Positions 25,501 to 38,200 of a DNA stretch of 64,000 nt are shown here, piece after piece (position 1 is the first letter of the stretch; the number at the start of each line of letters is the position of its first letter). Source of the stretch: Balanoglossus misakiensis (Eukaryota > Animalia > Hemichordata); NCBI GenBank assembly GCA_040954595.2, contig CM082597.2, positions 1-64,000 of the forward strand. Reading direction: 5' to 3'. The position numbers were made by a program, and so were the translations under genes. The notes under the pieces were generated by a model. That model was given only the letters and a program-made list of their open reading frames with translations. It searched no databases and was not told the DNA's origin.

Positions 25501-28500
25501 TCATCTGCCATCATGCAGGATGTTTATTGGCTGACTGCAAGACCAAGTCCTTGTCCAGTTCTACCGTTGGCACCATTTAGAAATTAAACATCAGTCTTCA
25601 TGCTTGACCTTGCTTCATCTCCCATCATGCAAGTACTTTATTGGCTGACTGGAAGACCATGTCCTTGTCCACTTCTACCATTGGCAACATTCAGATACAC
25701 AACATCACCCTGAACTCTTCGCCATATTCTAACTAAACAACATAAAAAAATTATTCATGATCAATGAACAAAGTGGTGACATATTTTATAAAATTGATTC
25801 AATGAGTTAAGTTTTGATTTGTTCAAACACTATATACACTCTTAAAATGTTGACTGCAAACCTGTATGTGTTCTTTATTTGACATCCAAATATCTTCACC
25901 TGCCATCATGCAAGTAGTTTATTGGGTGACTGGAAGACCATGTCCATGTCCACTTCTACCAATGGCAACATTCAGATACACAACATCAGCCTGCACTCTT
26001 TGCCATATTCTAACAAAACAACAGAAAAAAAATTATTCATGATCAATGAACAAAGTGGTGACATATTTTATAAAATTGATTCAATGAGTTGAGTTTGGAT
26101 TTGTTCCAACACTATATACACTCTTAAAATGTTGACTGCAAACCTGTATGTTTTCTTTATTTGACATCCAAATATCTTCATCTGCCATCATGCTGAGTTT
26201 ATTGAGTGAAAGCAAGACCAAGTCCTTGTCCACTTCTACCAATGGCAACATTCAGATACACAACATCAGCCTGCACTCTTCGCCATATTCTAACAAAAGA
26301 ACAGAAAAATATTATACATGATTAATGAACAAATTGGCGAAAGATTGTATAAATTGATTCGATGAGTTAAATTTGGATTTGTTCCAATACTATATACACT
26401 CTTAAAATGTTGACTGCAAACCTGTATGTTTTCTTTATTTGACATCCAAATATCTTCATCTGCCATCATGCAGGTTGTTTATTGGCTGACTGCAAGACCA
26501 AGTCCTTGTCCACTTCTACCGTTGGCACCATTTAGAAATTAAACATCAGTCTTCATGCTTGACCTTGCTTCATCTGCCATCATGCAAGTACTTTATTGGC
26601 TGACTGGAAGACCATGTCCTTGTCCACTTCTACCATTGGCAACATTCAGATGCACAACATCACCCTGAACTCTTCGCCATATTCTAACAAAACAACAGAA
26701 AAAAATTATTCATGATCAATGAACAAAGTGGTGACATATTTTATAAAATTGATTCAATGAGTAAAGTTTGGATTTGTTCCAACACTATATACACTCTTAA
26801 AATGTTGACTGCAAACCTGTATGTGTTCTTTATTTGATATCCAAATATCTTCACCTGCCATCATGCAAGTAGTTTATTGGGTGACTGGAAGACCATGTCC
26901 ATGTCCACTTCTACCAATGGCAACATTCAGATACACAACATCACCCTGCACTCTTCGCCATATTCTAACAAAACAACAGAAAAAAATATTCATGATCAAT
27001 GAACAAAGTGGTGACATATTTTATAAAATTGATTCAATGAGTTAAGTTTGGATTTGTTCCAACAGTATATACACTCTTAAAATGTTGACTGCAAACCTGT
27101 ATGTTTTCTTTATTTGACATCCAAATATCTTCATCTGCCATCATGCAGAGTTTATTGAGTGAAAGCAAGACCAAGTCCTTGTCCACTTCTACCAATGGCA
27201 ACATTCAGATACACAACATCAGCCTGCACTCTTCGCCATATTCTAACAAAAGAACAGAAAAATATTATCCATGATTAATGAACAAATTGGCGAAAGATTG
27301 TATAAATTGATTCGATGAGTAAAGTTTGGATTTGTTCCAACACTATATACACTCTTAAAATGTTGACTGCAAACCTGTATGTGTTCTTTATTTGATATCC
27401 AAATATCTTCACCTGCCATCATGCAAGTAGTTTATTGGGTGACTGGAAGACCATGTCCATGTCCACTTCTACCAATGGCAACATTCAGATACACAACATC
27501 ACCCTGCACTCTTCGCCATATTCTAACAAAACAACAGAAAAAAATATTCATGATCAATGAACAAAGTGGTGACATATTTTATAAAATTGATTCAATGAGT
27601 TAAGTTTGGATTTGTTCCAACAGTATATACACTCTTAAAATGTTGACTGCAAACCTGTATGTTTTCTTTATTTGACATCCAAATATCTTCATCTGCCATC
27701 ATGCAGAGTTTATTGAGTGAAAGCAAGACCAAGTCCTTGTCCACTTCGACCAATGTTAACATTCAGATACACAACATCAGCCTGCACTCTTCGCCATATT
27801 CTAACAAATAAACAGAAAAATATTATCCATGATTAATGAACAAATTGGCGAAAGATTGTATAAATTGATTCGATGAGTTAAATTTGGATTTGTTCCAATA
27901 ATATATATACTCTTAAAATTTTGACTGCAAACCTGTATGTTTTCATTATTTGACATCCAAATATCTTCATCTGCCATCATGCAGGTTGTTTCTTGGCTGA
28001 CTGCAAGACCAAGTCCTTGTCCACTTCTACCGTTGGCACCATTTAGAAATTAAACATCAGTCTTCATGCTTGACCTTGCTTCATCTGCCATCATGCAAGT
28101 ACTTTATTGGCTGACTGGAAGACCATGTCCTTGTCCACTTCTACCATTGGCAACATTCAGATACACAACATCACCCTGCACTCTTCGCCATATTCTAACA
28201 AAACAACAGAAAAAAAAATATTCATGATCAATGAAGAAAGTGGTGACATATTTTATAAAATTGATTCAATGAGTTAAGCTTGGATTTGTTCCAACACTAT
28301 ATACACTCTTAAAATGTTGACTGCAAACCTGTATGTGTTCTTTATTTGACATCCAAATATCTTCATCTGCCATCATGCAAGTAGTTTATTAGGTGACTGG
28401 AAGACCATGTCCATGTCCACTTCTACCAATGGCAACATTCAGATACACAACATCAGCCTGCACTCTTTGCCATATTCTAACAAAACAACAGAAAAAAAAT

Positions 28501-29140
28501 TATTCATGATCAATGAACAAAGTGGTGACATATTTTATAAAATTGATTCAATGAGTTGAGTTTGGATTTGTTCCAACACTATATACACTCTTAAAATGTT
28601 GACTGCAAACCTGTATGTTTTCTTTATTTGACATCCAAATATCTTCATCTGCCATCATGCAAGTAGTTTATTGGGTGACTGGGAAACCAAGTCCTTGTCC
28701 ACTTCTACCAATGGCAACATTCAGATACACAACATCAGCCTGCACTCTTCGCCATATTCTAACAAAACAACGGAAAAAACATGATTCATGATCAAAGAAG
28801 AAAGTGGTGACATATTTTATAAAATTGATTCAATGTGTTAAGTTTGGATTTGTTCCAATACTATATACACTCTTAAAATGTTGACTGCAAACCTGTATGT
28901 TTTCTTTATTTGATATCCAAATATCTTCATCTGCCATCATACAAGTAGTTTATTGGGTGACTGGGAAACCAAGTCCTTGTCCACTTCTACCGTTGGCACC
29001 ATTTAGAAATTAACATCAGTCTTCATGCTTGAACTTGCTTCATCTGCCATCATGCAAGTACTTTATTGGCTGACTGGAAGACCAAGTCCTTGTCCACTTC
29101 TACTATTGGCATCATTTGGAATTTTGTCGTCATCCTTCCT
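22540..29140. repeat. AT-rich ~280-bp tandem satellite (~21 monomers plus five ~116-bp short units) with a ~956-bp higher-order repeat
   Basis: AAACCTGTATG recurs every 278-282 bp, or ~396 bp where a short unit intervenes. Short units start at ~24541, 25497, 26452, 27963 and 28923. A 558-bp dimer is duplicated (26821/27379). Confidence 0.93.
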
Positions 29141-29325
29141 GCGTAACTTAAAGCATTTATACTTCAATATTGTTAGTTTCTGTTATATTATAGCACACTA
29201 GTAAACAATTACCAACGCATTTGCTTAACTTATCTACCATCACAGTTGGAAAGCTTCTCAACTATTGTAGACATTGGAAGAACTTCATGACAAGATAAAA
29301 TTCGGACAAGGATACAATAGGAATT

Positions 29326-29698
29326 CACATACACATACATTACATGCATGCATACATTACATACATGCATACATTACATACATACGTGCATACATTACAT
29401 ACATACGTGCATACATTACATACATACGTGCATACATTACATACATACGTGCATACATTACATACATGCATACATTACATACATACATGCATACATTACA
29501 TACATACATGCATACATGCATACATTGCATACATTGCATACACACACACATATGCATACACACATACACACATACACACATACACACATACACACATACA
29601 CACATACACACATACATACATACATACATACATACATACATACATACATACATACATACATACATACATACATACATACATACATACATACATACATA
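29326..29698 (+). repeat. Compound (TACA)n/(CA)n microsatellite
   Basis: TACA, TGCA and CACA tetramer runs are directly visible. Confidence 0.97.
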
Positions 29699-30895
29699 GA
29701 GAACAATTCTGTACCCTAAAATTTGAAATGAATAATTTTCTTGGCCTTCACTTTCAGGTTTTGGAAAATACAGCTAATTTAAATTGAATTAGAATACATT
29801 ACTTAATTTCATCTGTATACCTCTAACTGGCTCATTATGAAAAATAGAAATAGTCACAAGAATACAAGTTTCTCATAGCCTGCTTATACCACTCCAGCCA
29901 AAGTATTAGTTGATATAGTTAGTTAATGGTGTGTTAGTACGTTAATATTGAAGTTAGAAAAATTGGCTGAAATGGCACAAACAGTTGTCTAGATTGAATC
30001 AATTTGCTTTGACTGCACAATTCACTAAACAATATTTCCTCAATTCATACATGTAATTCCTAGAATTACTAAATCATATGGACATTTAGGCTACAGTTTA
30101 ATAAGCATAGTTGAGTTAAATGGTTACAGACTTGTTTTCTCTGATATTTCATTTGACACACATTAAACGCACATGTTCATGTATGTATGTATGTATGTAT
30201 GTATGTATGTATGTATGTATGTATGTATGTATGTATGTATGCATGTATGCATGTATGCATGTATGCATGTATGCATGTATGCATGTATGCATGCATGCAT
30301 GCATGCATGCATGCATGCATGTATGTATGTATGTATGTATGTATGTATGTATGTATGTATGTATGTATGTATGTATGTATGTATGTATGTATGTATGTAT
30401 GTATGTATGTATGTGAGAATTCATACTGTGTCCTAATCTGAATCCTTCTTGTCATGAAGTTTTCCCAATGGCTGCAACAATTGTGTAGCTCCTCAACTGT
30501 AATAGTAGACAAGTGTGCTAATTAACATAATTGAAATTCTGCACAAGTATCCAGGGTGATCAAGGGAACGCATACGGAAAGTCAATGTCAATGCCATAAT
30601 CTTCACTGGATCAACAGATTAAGGAGCAAAATTCACTCATTTTGGACCATTTAGAGATTGATTTTGTATGACAGGAAATGATGGTTACAAATCAACATCA
30701 ATTTTTAACACAAACATAACACGAGTAATCAATGTATACTTGAAATCGTTGAAAGGTCAAAAAGCGATTTTGTCGCTTTAAGAGAAAACTGGACAGAACG
30801 CAATCCCTTCATTCTCATTATAAACTCTTCAAATGCTGACTAAAAACCTGTGTCTTCTCTTCATCTGGCATCCAGATATCTTCATCTGCGATCAT
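29690..30895 (+). repeat. Diverged direct duplicate of 21775-22600
   Basis: Colinear shared blocks include CCTTCACT.TCAGGTTTTGG, AGATTGAATCAATTTGCTTTGACTGCA, TATGGACATTTAGGCTACAGTT, ATACTGTGTCCTAATCTGAATCCTTC and TTCATTCTCATTATAAACTC. Confidence 0.88.
30179..30414 (+). repeat. (ATGT)n/(ATGC)n microsatellite
   Basis: Directly visible; it is in reverse-complement orientation to the 29326-29698 tract. Confidence 0.97.
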
Positions 30896-31269
30896 GGACC
30901 CTACAGACATGGTCTATGATAAAACACACTCAAATTGAATACGGATCTATAAAAACATACATTAGTAGAATTGAAGAGTGAAGTTCTTCACTGCAATGCC
31001 ATGGAAACTTAAATGCATGCAGTCGCGAATAAACATGTGTGATTGACATCGTGAAATGCAACACACCAGCTCGGCTACATTCATGCACAATCTGGCAAAC
31101 AGACAAACACACGTACGCATAAAAATGGTTGCGGTTTCATGACTTTGATAAACGTTACACAATTTGTTTGAACATGAAGGTTTGCAGCCAAGAATCGTGC
31201 TACTAATGCGACAAATAATCGTAGAATGGAAATTTTACAGAAATAACGATGCAATTAGTGAAATATACG

Positions 31270-31356
31270 AACGCGAAAAATGAATCGCGTAACAGTCGCC
31301 TCTTTTGATATCGCGAAAATTTCCTGTCGCGAAAAAAATCCTGAGTGTTTACAGTA
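31270..31356. mobile_element. Possible MITE end fragment (CGCGAAAA repeats ending TTTACAGTA)
   Basis: Three CGCGAAAA motifs followed by GTTTACAGTA resemble TA-targeting invertebrate MITE termini. I found no partner TIR. Confidence 0.35.
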
Positions 31357-31699
31357 TATACGGCAAAATTCTGTGTTAAATAGTTGACCAAGTTTAACGT
31401 ACAACAAAAAAGTATTATCGTACTTAAAGTACGAATATTAAACAGCACCCTCTATCGGTTGGATATTTAGAACTATATATGCAATATTATAGTATGAACA
31501 GCATTTTGTGGTTTTACAGGAAAACAGGTGTGGGGACCCCCGTTTTTAAATGCATGTTACAGAACCTCCCTTTTTGATTACATATCACTTGTTATTAAAA
31601 TTTAGATATTATATGGCATCTTTGAACTACAAAATGATCTTTTTGAAAATAATTACGGTGACGAAATTGTGAATTTAGGAAGATATTTTTTTCATGCAG

Positions 31700-31850
31700 C
31701 TTTTCATGAACGTTTTTTGATAACAGATAGAAAGCACAGAGTAGATAAAACAAAATGATTTGCTTGTTGTGTGACAGTAACGAAAATGAAGATGAACATC
31801 ATTTCCTATTGTGTTGTACTTTGTTCCAGTCACAGACTAAAATATATTCT
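31700..31850 (+). mobile_element. Degenerate 3' fragment of a non-LTR retrotransposon (C-terminal CCHC zinc knuckle)
   Basis: 31761-31835 translates CLLCDSNENEDEHHFLLCCTLFQSQ, matching the CxxC...EDExHFxxxC motif at the end of LINE RT ORFs. The flanks are broken by a stop and frameshift. Confidence 0.65.
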
Positions 31851-34800
31851 TACGATGTATTTTAACCCACCGACTAACAGAAAGATTTTTTCCTTATGAA
31901 TTCAAACGATGGTACCTTTCTACAGTGTTCAGCAGCATTGCTTTTTTCATGCTATCATGGGAGTGGGAAAAGACGGATGATTTTCAATTATGAAATAAGT
32001 TTAAGTATTCCCGTCCGTTTTAAGTTTTAAAGAAAATGTAAAGAATTTTGGGCCGGAGGCCATGAAATACGGAAATAAACAGCACTACTTATCCAATTGG
32101 TCCGAAATTAAGGGATTGATTGGGGTGCATAAATATGAGCCAACACAACACTGTGTCGAGAGAAATTCGTTGCGTCCAGAATATTAAAATATCAATTTAC
32201 TCAAAGTGTGAACGTGTTGGCAAAATATTGTTGGCAACGTACTTGTTTATGAAACGTGAAAGAGCCTGTGCTAAACTAGGTCAAACTCCTGACAAAAATT
32301 GAACACGTGCATAGAAGTACTTCTAAAGTATCGGTGTTTAATTGAGTTCCATTATGATACGTTACAAGTTGTAGTCCGTGTAAAATAGACGATCGATTGC
32401 CGCTAAATATTACCCCCAATAATACAGAGTAATATCGGGAGATGACAGAAATATTGTTACCCGAAACTATTACCCGCGCAGAGTACACGCAAAAATGCAG
32501 TAATAAACGGGCCAGAAAATGTGCACAAAAATTCGGCACAGAAATTTCCCCTAACATTATTTCTTGAACTTATCCCCAGCATTCCGTACGTACTTCAATA
32601 AATATTGCAAGTTTCACCGCGACAACTGGAGATTCGCTCCTAGTTTTCTCTCGACTACCACAAGTTCCCTTCTCCCACCAGGAAAAAAAACTAAAGCACA
32701 GACGATTTTTGTGTGCAAGTGTTGGAAACCGAAAGCACTTGAGCGTCTGCACAACGTTTCATCACATTTCCCCCCCACTAGGGTCGAAAAGTCGCAGCGC
32801 CAATTGAAGTAAATAACAGCTACTTAACTGGTAGATACTCTGTTCTTCATCTTGGGTTCCGGGCTGAAGAGAATCCATTAGCTTTTCGGACAAAATCACG
32901 TAGCTCTGCGGGCTGTTGCTCTCTTGAAAGTCCCGGTTGTTCTGCGTTAGTTGCGTTTGAAAACATGGATGACGTGGATGACGCACAGGTGCATTGCATA
33001 ATTATACGCCGTTTAGCGAGGATCCACTGCAAGCGCCTCACGTGTGCAACGGGACGCCACCAGCATGAATAATAAATCAAACACACCTGGTCAAAAAGAA
33101 CAGTTCACTGTTCGTATCGCGGCAAGTGCATGATATATTGCATTTTAATTCTGAAACTTTAGCCTTTGGAATAAGCTTCTTTTTGTCATTTAGATATATA
33201 TGTAATCTATTTTCCCCCTTTCAACTAATTAGTCCTACTGTAGTATGGACCATGAGTCCGAAATAAAGTTTATAATAATAAAAAAAGTATCAAACAAAAT
33301 TGACATGGGTTATAGCTTATACACGCTCAAAAAATGTCAAATTCCTGTCTTTGTGAATTTTGGCCATTTTGGCACTTCATGTCATACGCATGGACTGACA
33401 GTCGACCTGAAACTGGATCTGTGTCTAATAGAATGTTAAATTGATAAAATTACAATTTCAAAATCAGCTTCTCACTCGAGTTGCCCCGAAAATGTTAAAC
33501 TTGTGAAATTAATAATTTCTGAGACAAGTCTCACCTAAACACCGTGGCTACCAAACCTTTCAGATTCTTGAGTACCAAAGTATGGTTAATATCATCAAAA
33601 TCGTGCTACCAGTGACTTCACAAGATATGCCAATTTGCTGAAAACTAAAGAAACAATTGACACTAAATTTCGTTGTATATTTGATAATCACTGACAAATG
33701 ATATCAAGTTAAACATTTTAACATTTTGCAGTCATACATATGGATAAACAGGTGAAACAACACATACGTACTTTTGACATTGGCTTTTGAAAGTGTATTT
33801 TGCACATGAGTTGCAAGAAACTACTGTTATACAGTGAAGAACACAAACAATAAATTTCATTACAACTTTATTTACTAATAATAATATATTTTTCTTGAGA
33901 AAATATTCTGTGTCATATTGAATTAAAAGGTAAGGAAATACACTGAAATAACAAGATTATTTAGTAAGCTACCAAAATTTCTACAGAGCATTGATTGATT
34001 TCTATGCACAAAGAAAGAAACATGTAATTAGGTTGGATAAAATACAGTTTAAATTATTGCCTCATGATCTAATGAAGGCATTAGTTACAAAATTGAACAT
34101 ACCTTGACCCTGCAATACTTTTTTGTTCCTGTAAGGAAAAGTTAACTACATGTACAATAAATTCTTAGGAACACTTAGGGAAAAATTAATTCGATATTGG
34201 TTCACCTTTGTAACTGTGTACAATTCTACCAACATTGATTTCATAACAATGGTTACCAAAATAATGGTAAATAATAAAAGTAGCATTGAAGTCCTCTTAA
34301 TTATTCTAGATTTTCTTTCACAATAATATGAACAACATTATTAAACAAAAAGACCAAAGCTTTAAGATACAGAATAAGAAAATTTAAAACTAAATAGAGC
34401 ACAATGATCATAAACTCACTGCATGTTGTTAATAATATAATGATTGCACAAAACAGAACACTATTAGTTAAAAAAAGCAAGTATTGGTAATACAATTTCT
34501 TCCTAATGAATTACTTTATATACTGTTGTATATTATTTCATAAAAGATGCAGCCTTGGTAGGCTATTGTCAGTACTATTGTTTTATTATACAGGATACTG
34601 AATAAACCTTAATTTTCATGTAAAAATTATATTTGTATTCCATTCTTTGCATTTGGTCAGCAAAATCTGAAAATTGAGTACTGTTTACTTGTTAATTAGC
34701 TTAAATCTACAAAATATTGTGATAACTGCTTCAAAAATGTTCATGGTGACCAATAAGTCCAATGAATTAATCAGTACTTGCATCACCAAATCAAAATACC

Positions 34801-35118
34801 CTGGTTCTACTACTTCCCAGGAAACAAAACGTAAACAAAACAAAATTAAAAACATGAAAACACTAATTAATATGAAGAAAAAGCAGGTTTACTTGAAATA
34901 TTCATTTGCACTTTTATTTACATGACTTTTTTGTATATAAAATGAAATAAGTTTTTCAAAGTAATGTACAATATGGAATGTAAATGACACATATTTGAAT
35001 GTCGTAATGGGCATTCACAATAAGTAACTCATCTTGCATGAATGTCTATCATGGAGATAACTTCAGATAATAACCTATTTTTCAGTCCCTTCTGCCTTAG
35101 TTGTCTTTTAGATCTTCA

Positions 35119-35256
35119 TTACTTAGATTTATACTTTTCCAAAGTTTCTTTAATCATGTTGATATTCTTCAGGGCGGTATTCTTTTTCATCAACAGCTCA
35201 GTGATTCGTTCTTGACCTGCTGTTACTTTAAGAGTTGTGTCTTTGATTAACGATGT
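35119..35256 (-). CDS. Exon 30, terminal coding exon (TSLIKD...EKYKSK*)
   Basis: tttgtag|ACA ... TAA; 138 nt. It is followed by an AT-rich putative 3'UTR with AATAAA candidates near 34915, 34585 and 33870. Confidence 0.78.
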   Translation of the reverse strand, partial: TSLIKDTTLKVTAGQERITELLMKKNTALKNINMIKETLEKYKSK

Positions 35257-38200
35257 CTACAAAATGATGTAAAATAAAGTTCAATTAATGTTTGAAAATT
35301 GGTATCCATTAATAGATAGATAAATAGATAAATAGATAGATAGATATATCAAACTTTTTGTTGGGGTGAATTGGGAGCTCAGTTGTGACTCTACCGCTGT
35401 TGTGATTATCAGTTAAGACTCTCTGTTCGAGGGGCACCAATATCTTTGTGCCAGTTGCTATGGGCCTATGTAGGACAGTACACTCAGTTTTGAATGAAAT
35501 CGCTATGAACATCGGAACAAGTATGACTATGCCAGTTAACACTTGGCCATAGGGATACTTGTCCACCACACTTGTACAGGCAAAGCATTTCACTGTGTGT
35601 CTTGTAAACACAGACACTGGATTTTGTTAAATGTGATTTTTTATTGTACAGAAAAATCCCTGAGGCTTTTATCGCATGGCATGCAGGTAATTCAAATTTG
35701 ACCTGTTGACAGAGAGCACATTTCCGCATAGTGTGAAGGATCGTTGTATTGGTTATCATCGCGCTAAGATGCCATACCAGTGGTTTGTCCAAAAACACCC
35801 AAAATTGATGTTTTTTTCAGCGGTGGTACATGTATGGTTAAATCCACAAATGGGGCAACCATATATGAAAACAAAATCCTTCATGGTCTTCATTTAATGG
35901 TTCAAATGAATATGTATCGAGTTCGGCTTTGAGGTCACAGACTGAATTTTTACAGAGCTGAAGTGCATATCAATGTCATCTGGGGATGCTTGCTCACAAT
36001 CATAGCAATGGGCAAAAACCTACGGGTGCCCCAAGCATACATATAGTTCAGTGGCACAAGTGGCAGTAAAGGTGGAATGTGGTAATTGTTCCCTTTTCTG
36101 GCTGGTGAATTAAAACAATAATCTTAACCATGTCTGGGCTTTGGAAGAATAAATGCATGAATGGACACAAAGGTAAGCAAAGTTCAATCTACATGTGTAA
36201 GTCTGACAGCAGTTGTAAACAAAAATTTATTTTGTCCCACCTGTTGAATTCTGGAGTCTGCAGTGACGATGTCTGACTCCAAGCTCTGTTTCTGTGCTGC
36301 AAGTTGATCTTGCAGTTCTAGGGTATCTTCTTTGGCTGATACTAACTGTTGACTTATCTGAGAGAAGTCAGAGGACAATTGATCCAAAGTGTTTTCAAGT
36401 TCAATGATGCGTGCCTGAAATAAATAGAATTACATAACATAAGGATTACATCATACATCAAGGGGACAAAAAAATTTAAAAGGGTGACTTGCTTTTACAT
36501 GCATAATTTTGCTCAAGGCATTTCACAATTATTACTCCTGGTCTATAGATATAATAAAATAACATTCAACAACCTCATGTGCAAACAAAAGAGCTCACTT
36601 GTGCAGTCATAATCAATGCAGCAGAACTAAAACACACACAATTACAATCTCTCTCCAACCAGGTACCATTACTGGAAGTCTTCAATGGGGAAAAGTGCTT
36701 TGCATAAGGAGAAAAATACCACAGCCATGCCGGTACTTGGACCCACAATCGTTTGACCATGAGTCCACTGGTCCAGCCACTGGACTATAATACCTCCCGG
36801 CAAAGACATACAATGTCTAAATGGTCAAGACATACCTGTGTTTGTGGTCTATTAACAGCTTCTGAATCTGCTTGAGACACCCTGTACCACAATGCAGTAC
36901 CACTCAGTTCCCCTGGTAATTTGTCTAAGAATGGACTTTTGCTGGGATATTTTGCTAATATTCTCACAGGTGGTTTAGTTCCAGTCAACTGTTGGAGACG
37001 TTTGTCAATATCATCCGTCATACCATGTTGTCGAGCCAGCTTTATCTTATCTTCACTGCTGCCCAAGAAGTTTTGAAGTTCTGACTTGACAGTAAAGTTG
37101 CTGAACTTTGTTATTCTATGCAACAGAAAAAAAAATGATACAAAATAACCTAAAAGTGAACTATATTGCAATTATGTGTTAATCGTTTAAAGTCACAAAT
37201 TCAATACTCAGTTTTGATTTCTAACTTAACTACACTCAACTATCATTTCAATTACACTTGTGGTGAGGTAATCAAACTGACAAACACTTTCACCTATGAC
37301 CTGGTACTTTATACTCCGGCAAATTGTTTAGGCTTCTAGGTGAATTATTGTGCCTACCTCTCATCCAAAACATTCTTGTCAAAGTGGACACCATCTTTGT
37401 CAGTACCACGTAACAACTTCACATCCAATAGTTCATCAATCGTATTATGTTGCTCAGCCTCCATATGTGATTCCCCAAACAACATTTCAAGCATTTGACG
37501 TGAAGTCTGCTCCTCTGCATTTTGGTCTTTGCTCGACTTTGCCTTGAATGATGTCAAGGTTGAAGAGCGGCGATAGCGAGCAAAAAAGAGATCTTGACAA
37601 ACCACAGATAAAGCCTTGTGGAATTCTCTGTTATATTCTGGTTGAGCATCATCACGCATATCCCCTAAATATAGAAACAATTAAACAATGGTTTTATTGG
37701 TGGATTTGCACCTTAATTGTTGTGGCATTAAGTAACAATTCAGACTGCTCATACATGTAATGGCATTGCGACAAGTATTTAATAGCATGCAACTTATAAA
37801 AAATAAAACTTTTATGAAAACAGACTTGAAATGGGTCATCCAACACGTATATTGTCTTTTAGAAATACTGAAAGCCTCATTTCACTAAAACATTCCAATT
37901 TATAGTCGAGAGTACAATTGGCACAGACATTGATAGTGCCTCTATATTACTGCACAAATTTTGTTAACAATCACACTCAAATGCAAAATGTTCTACACAA
38001 AATATTAAGTAATTATGTAAATCAGAGCCTACCTGACTTAATGTGTGCCAAGGCATGAACTAAGACGAGCAAGAATTGTCCCACATAGTCCAATCTGGCC
38101 AATCTCATATACAAAATCCGATTGTTATGGTCGTAGTGGTAAGAATGACGGTATGCATTACCAATTAATTCTTCATTTGGTTGGATTTTCTCAGCCAAAA

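Noticed and set aside
23665-27603. Plus-strand ORFs in the 280-bp satellite
   Set aside because: They are short, inconsistent between monomers and show no coding signature.
29274-30512. HTYI/MYVC repeat ORFs
   Set aside because: They are translations of tetranucleotide microsatellites.
32762-33086. Short minus-strand ORFs as a protein-coding gene
   Set aside because: I recognised no homology and found no convincing splice donor.
38040-38065. HALAH as a zinc-metalloprotease HExxH site
   Set aside because: The catalytic Glu is absent (HALAH); at most a degenerate motif, unsupported without a profile search.
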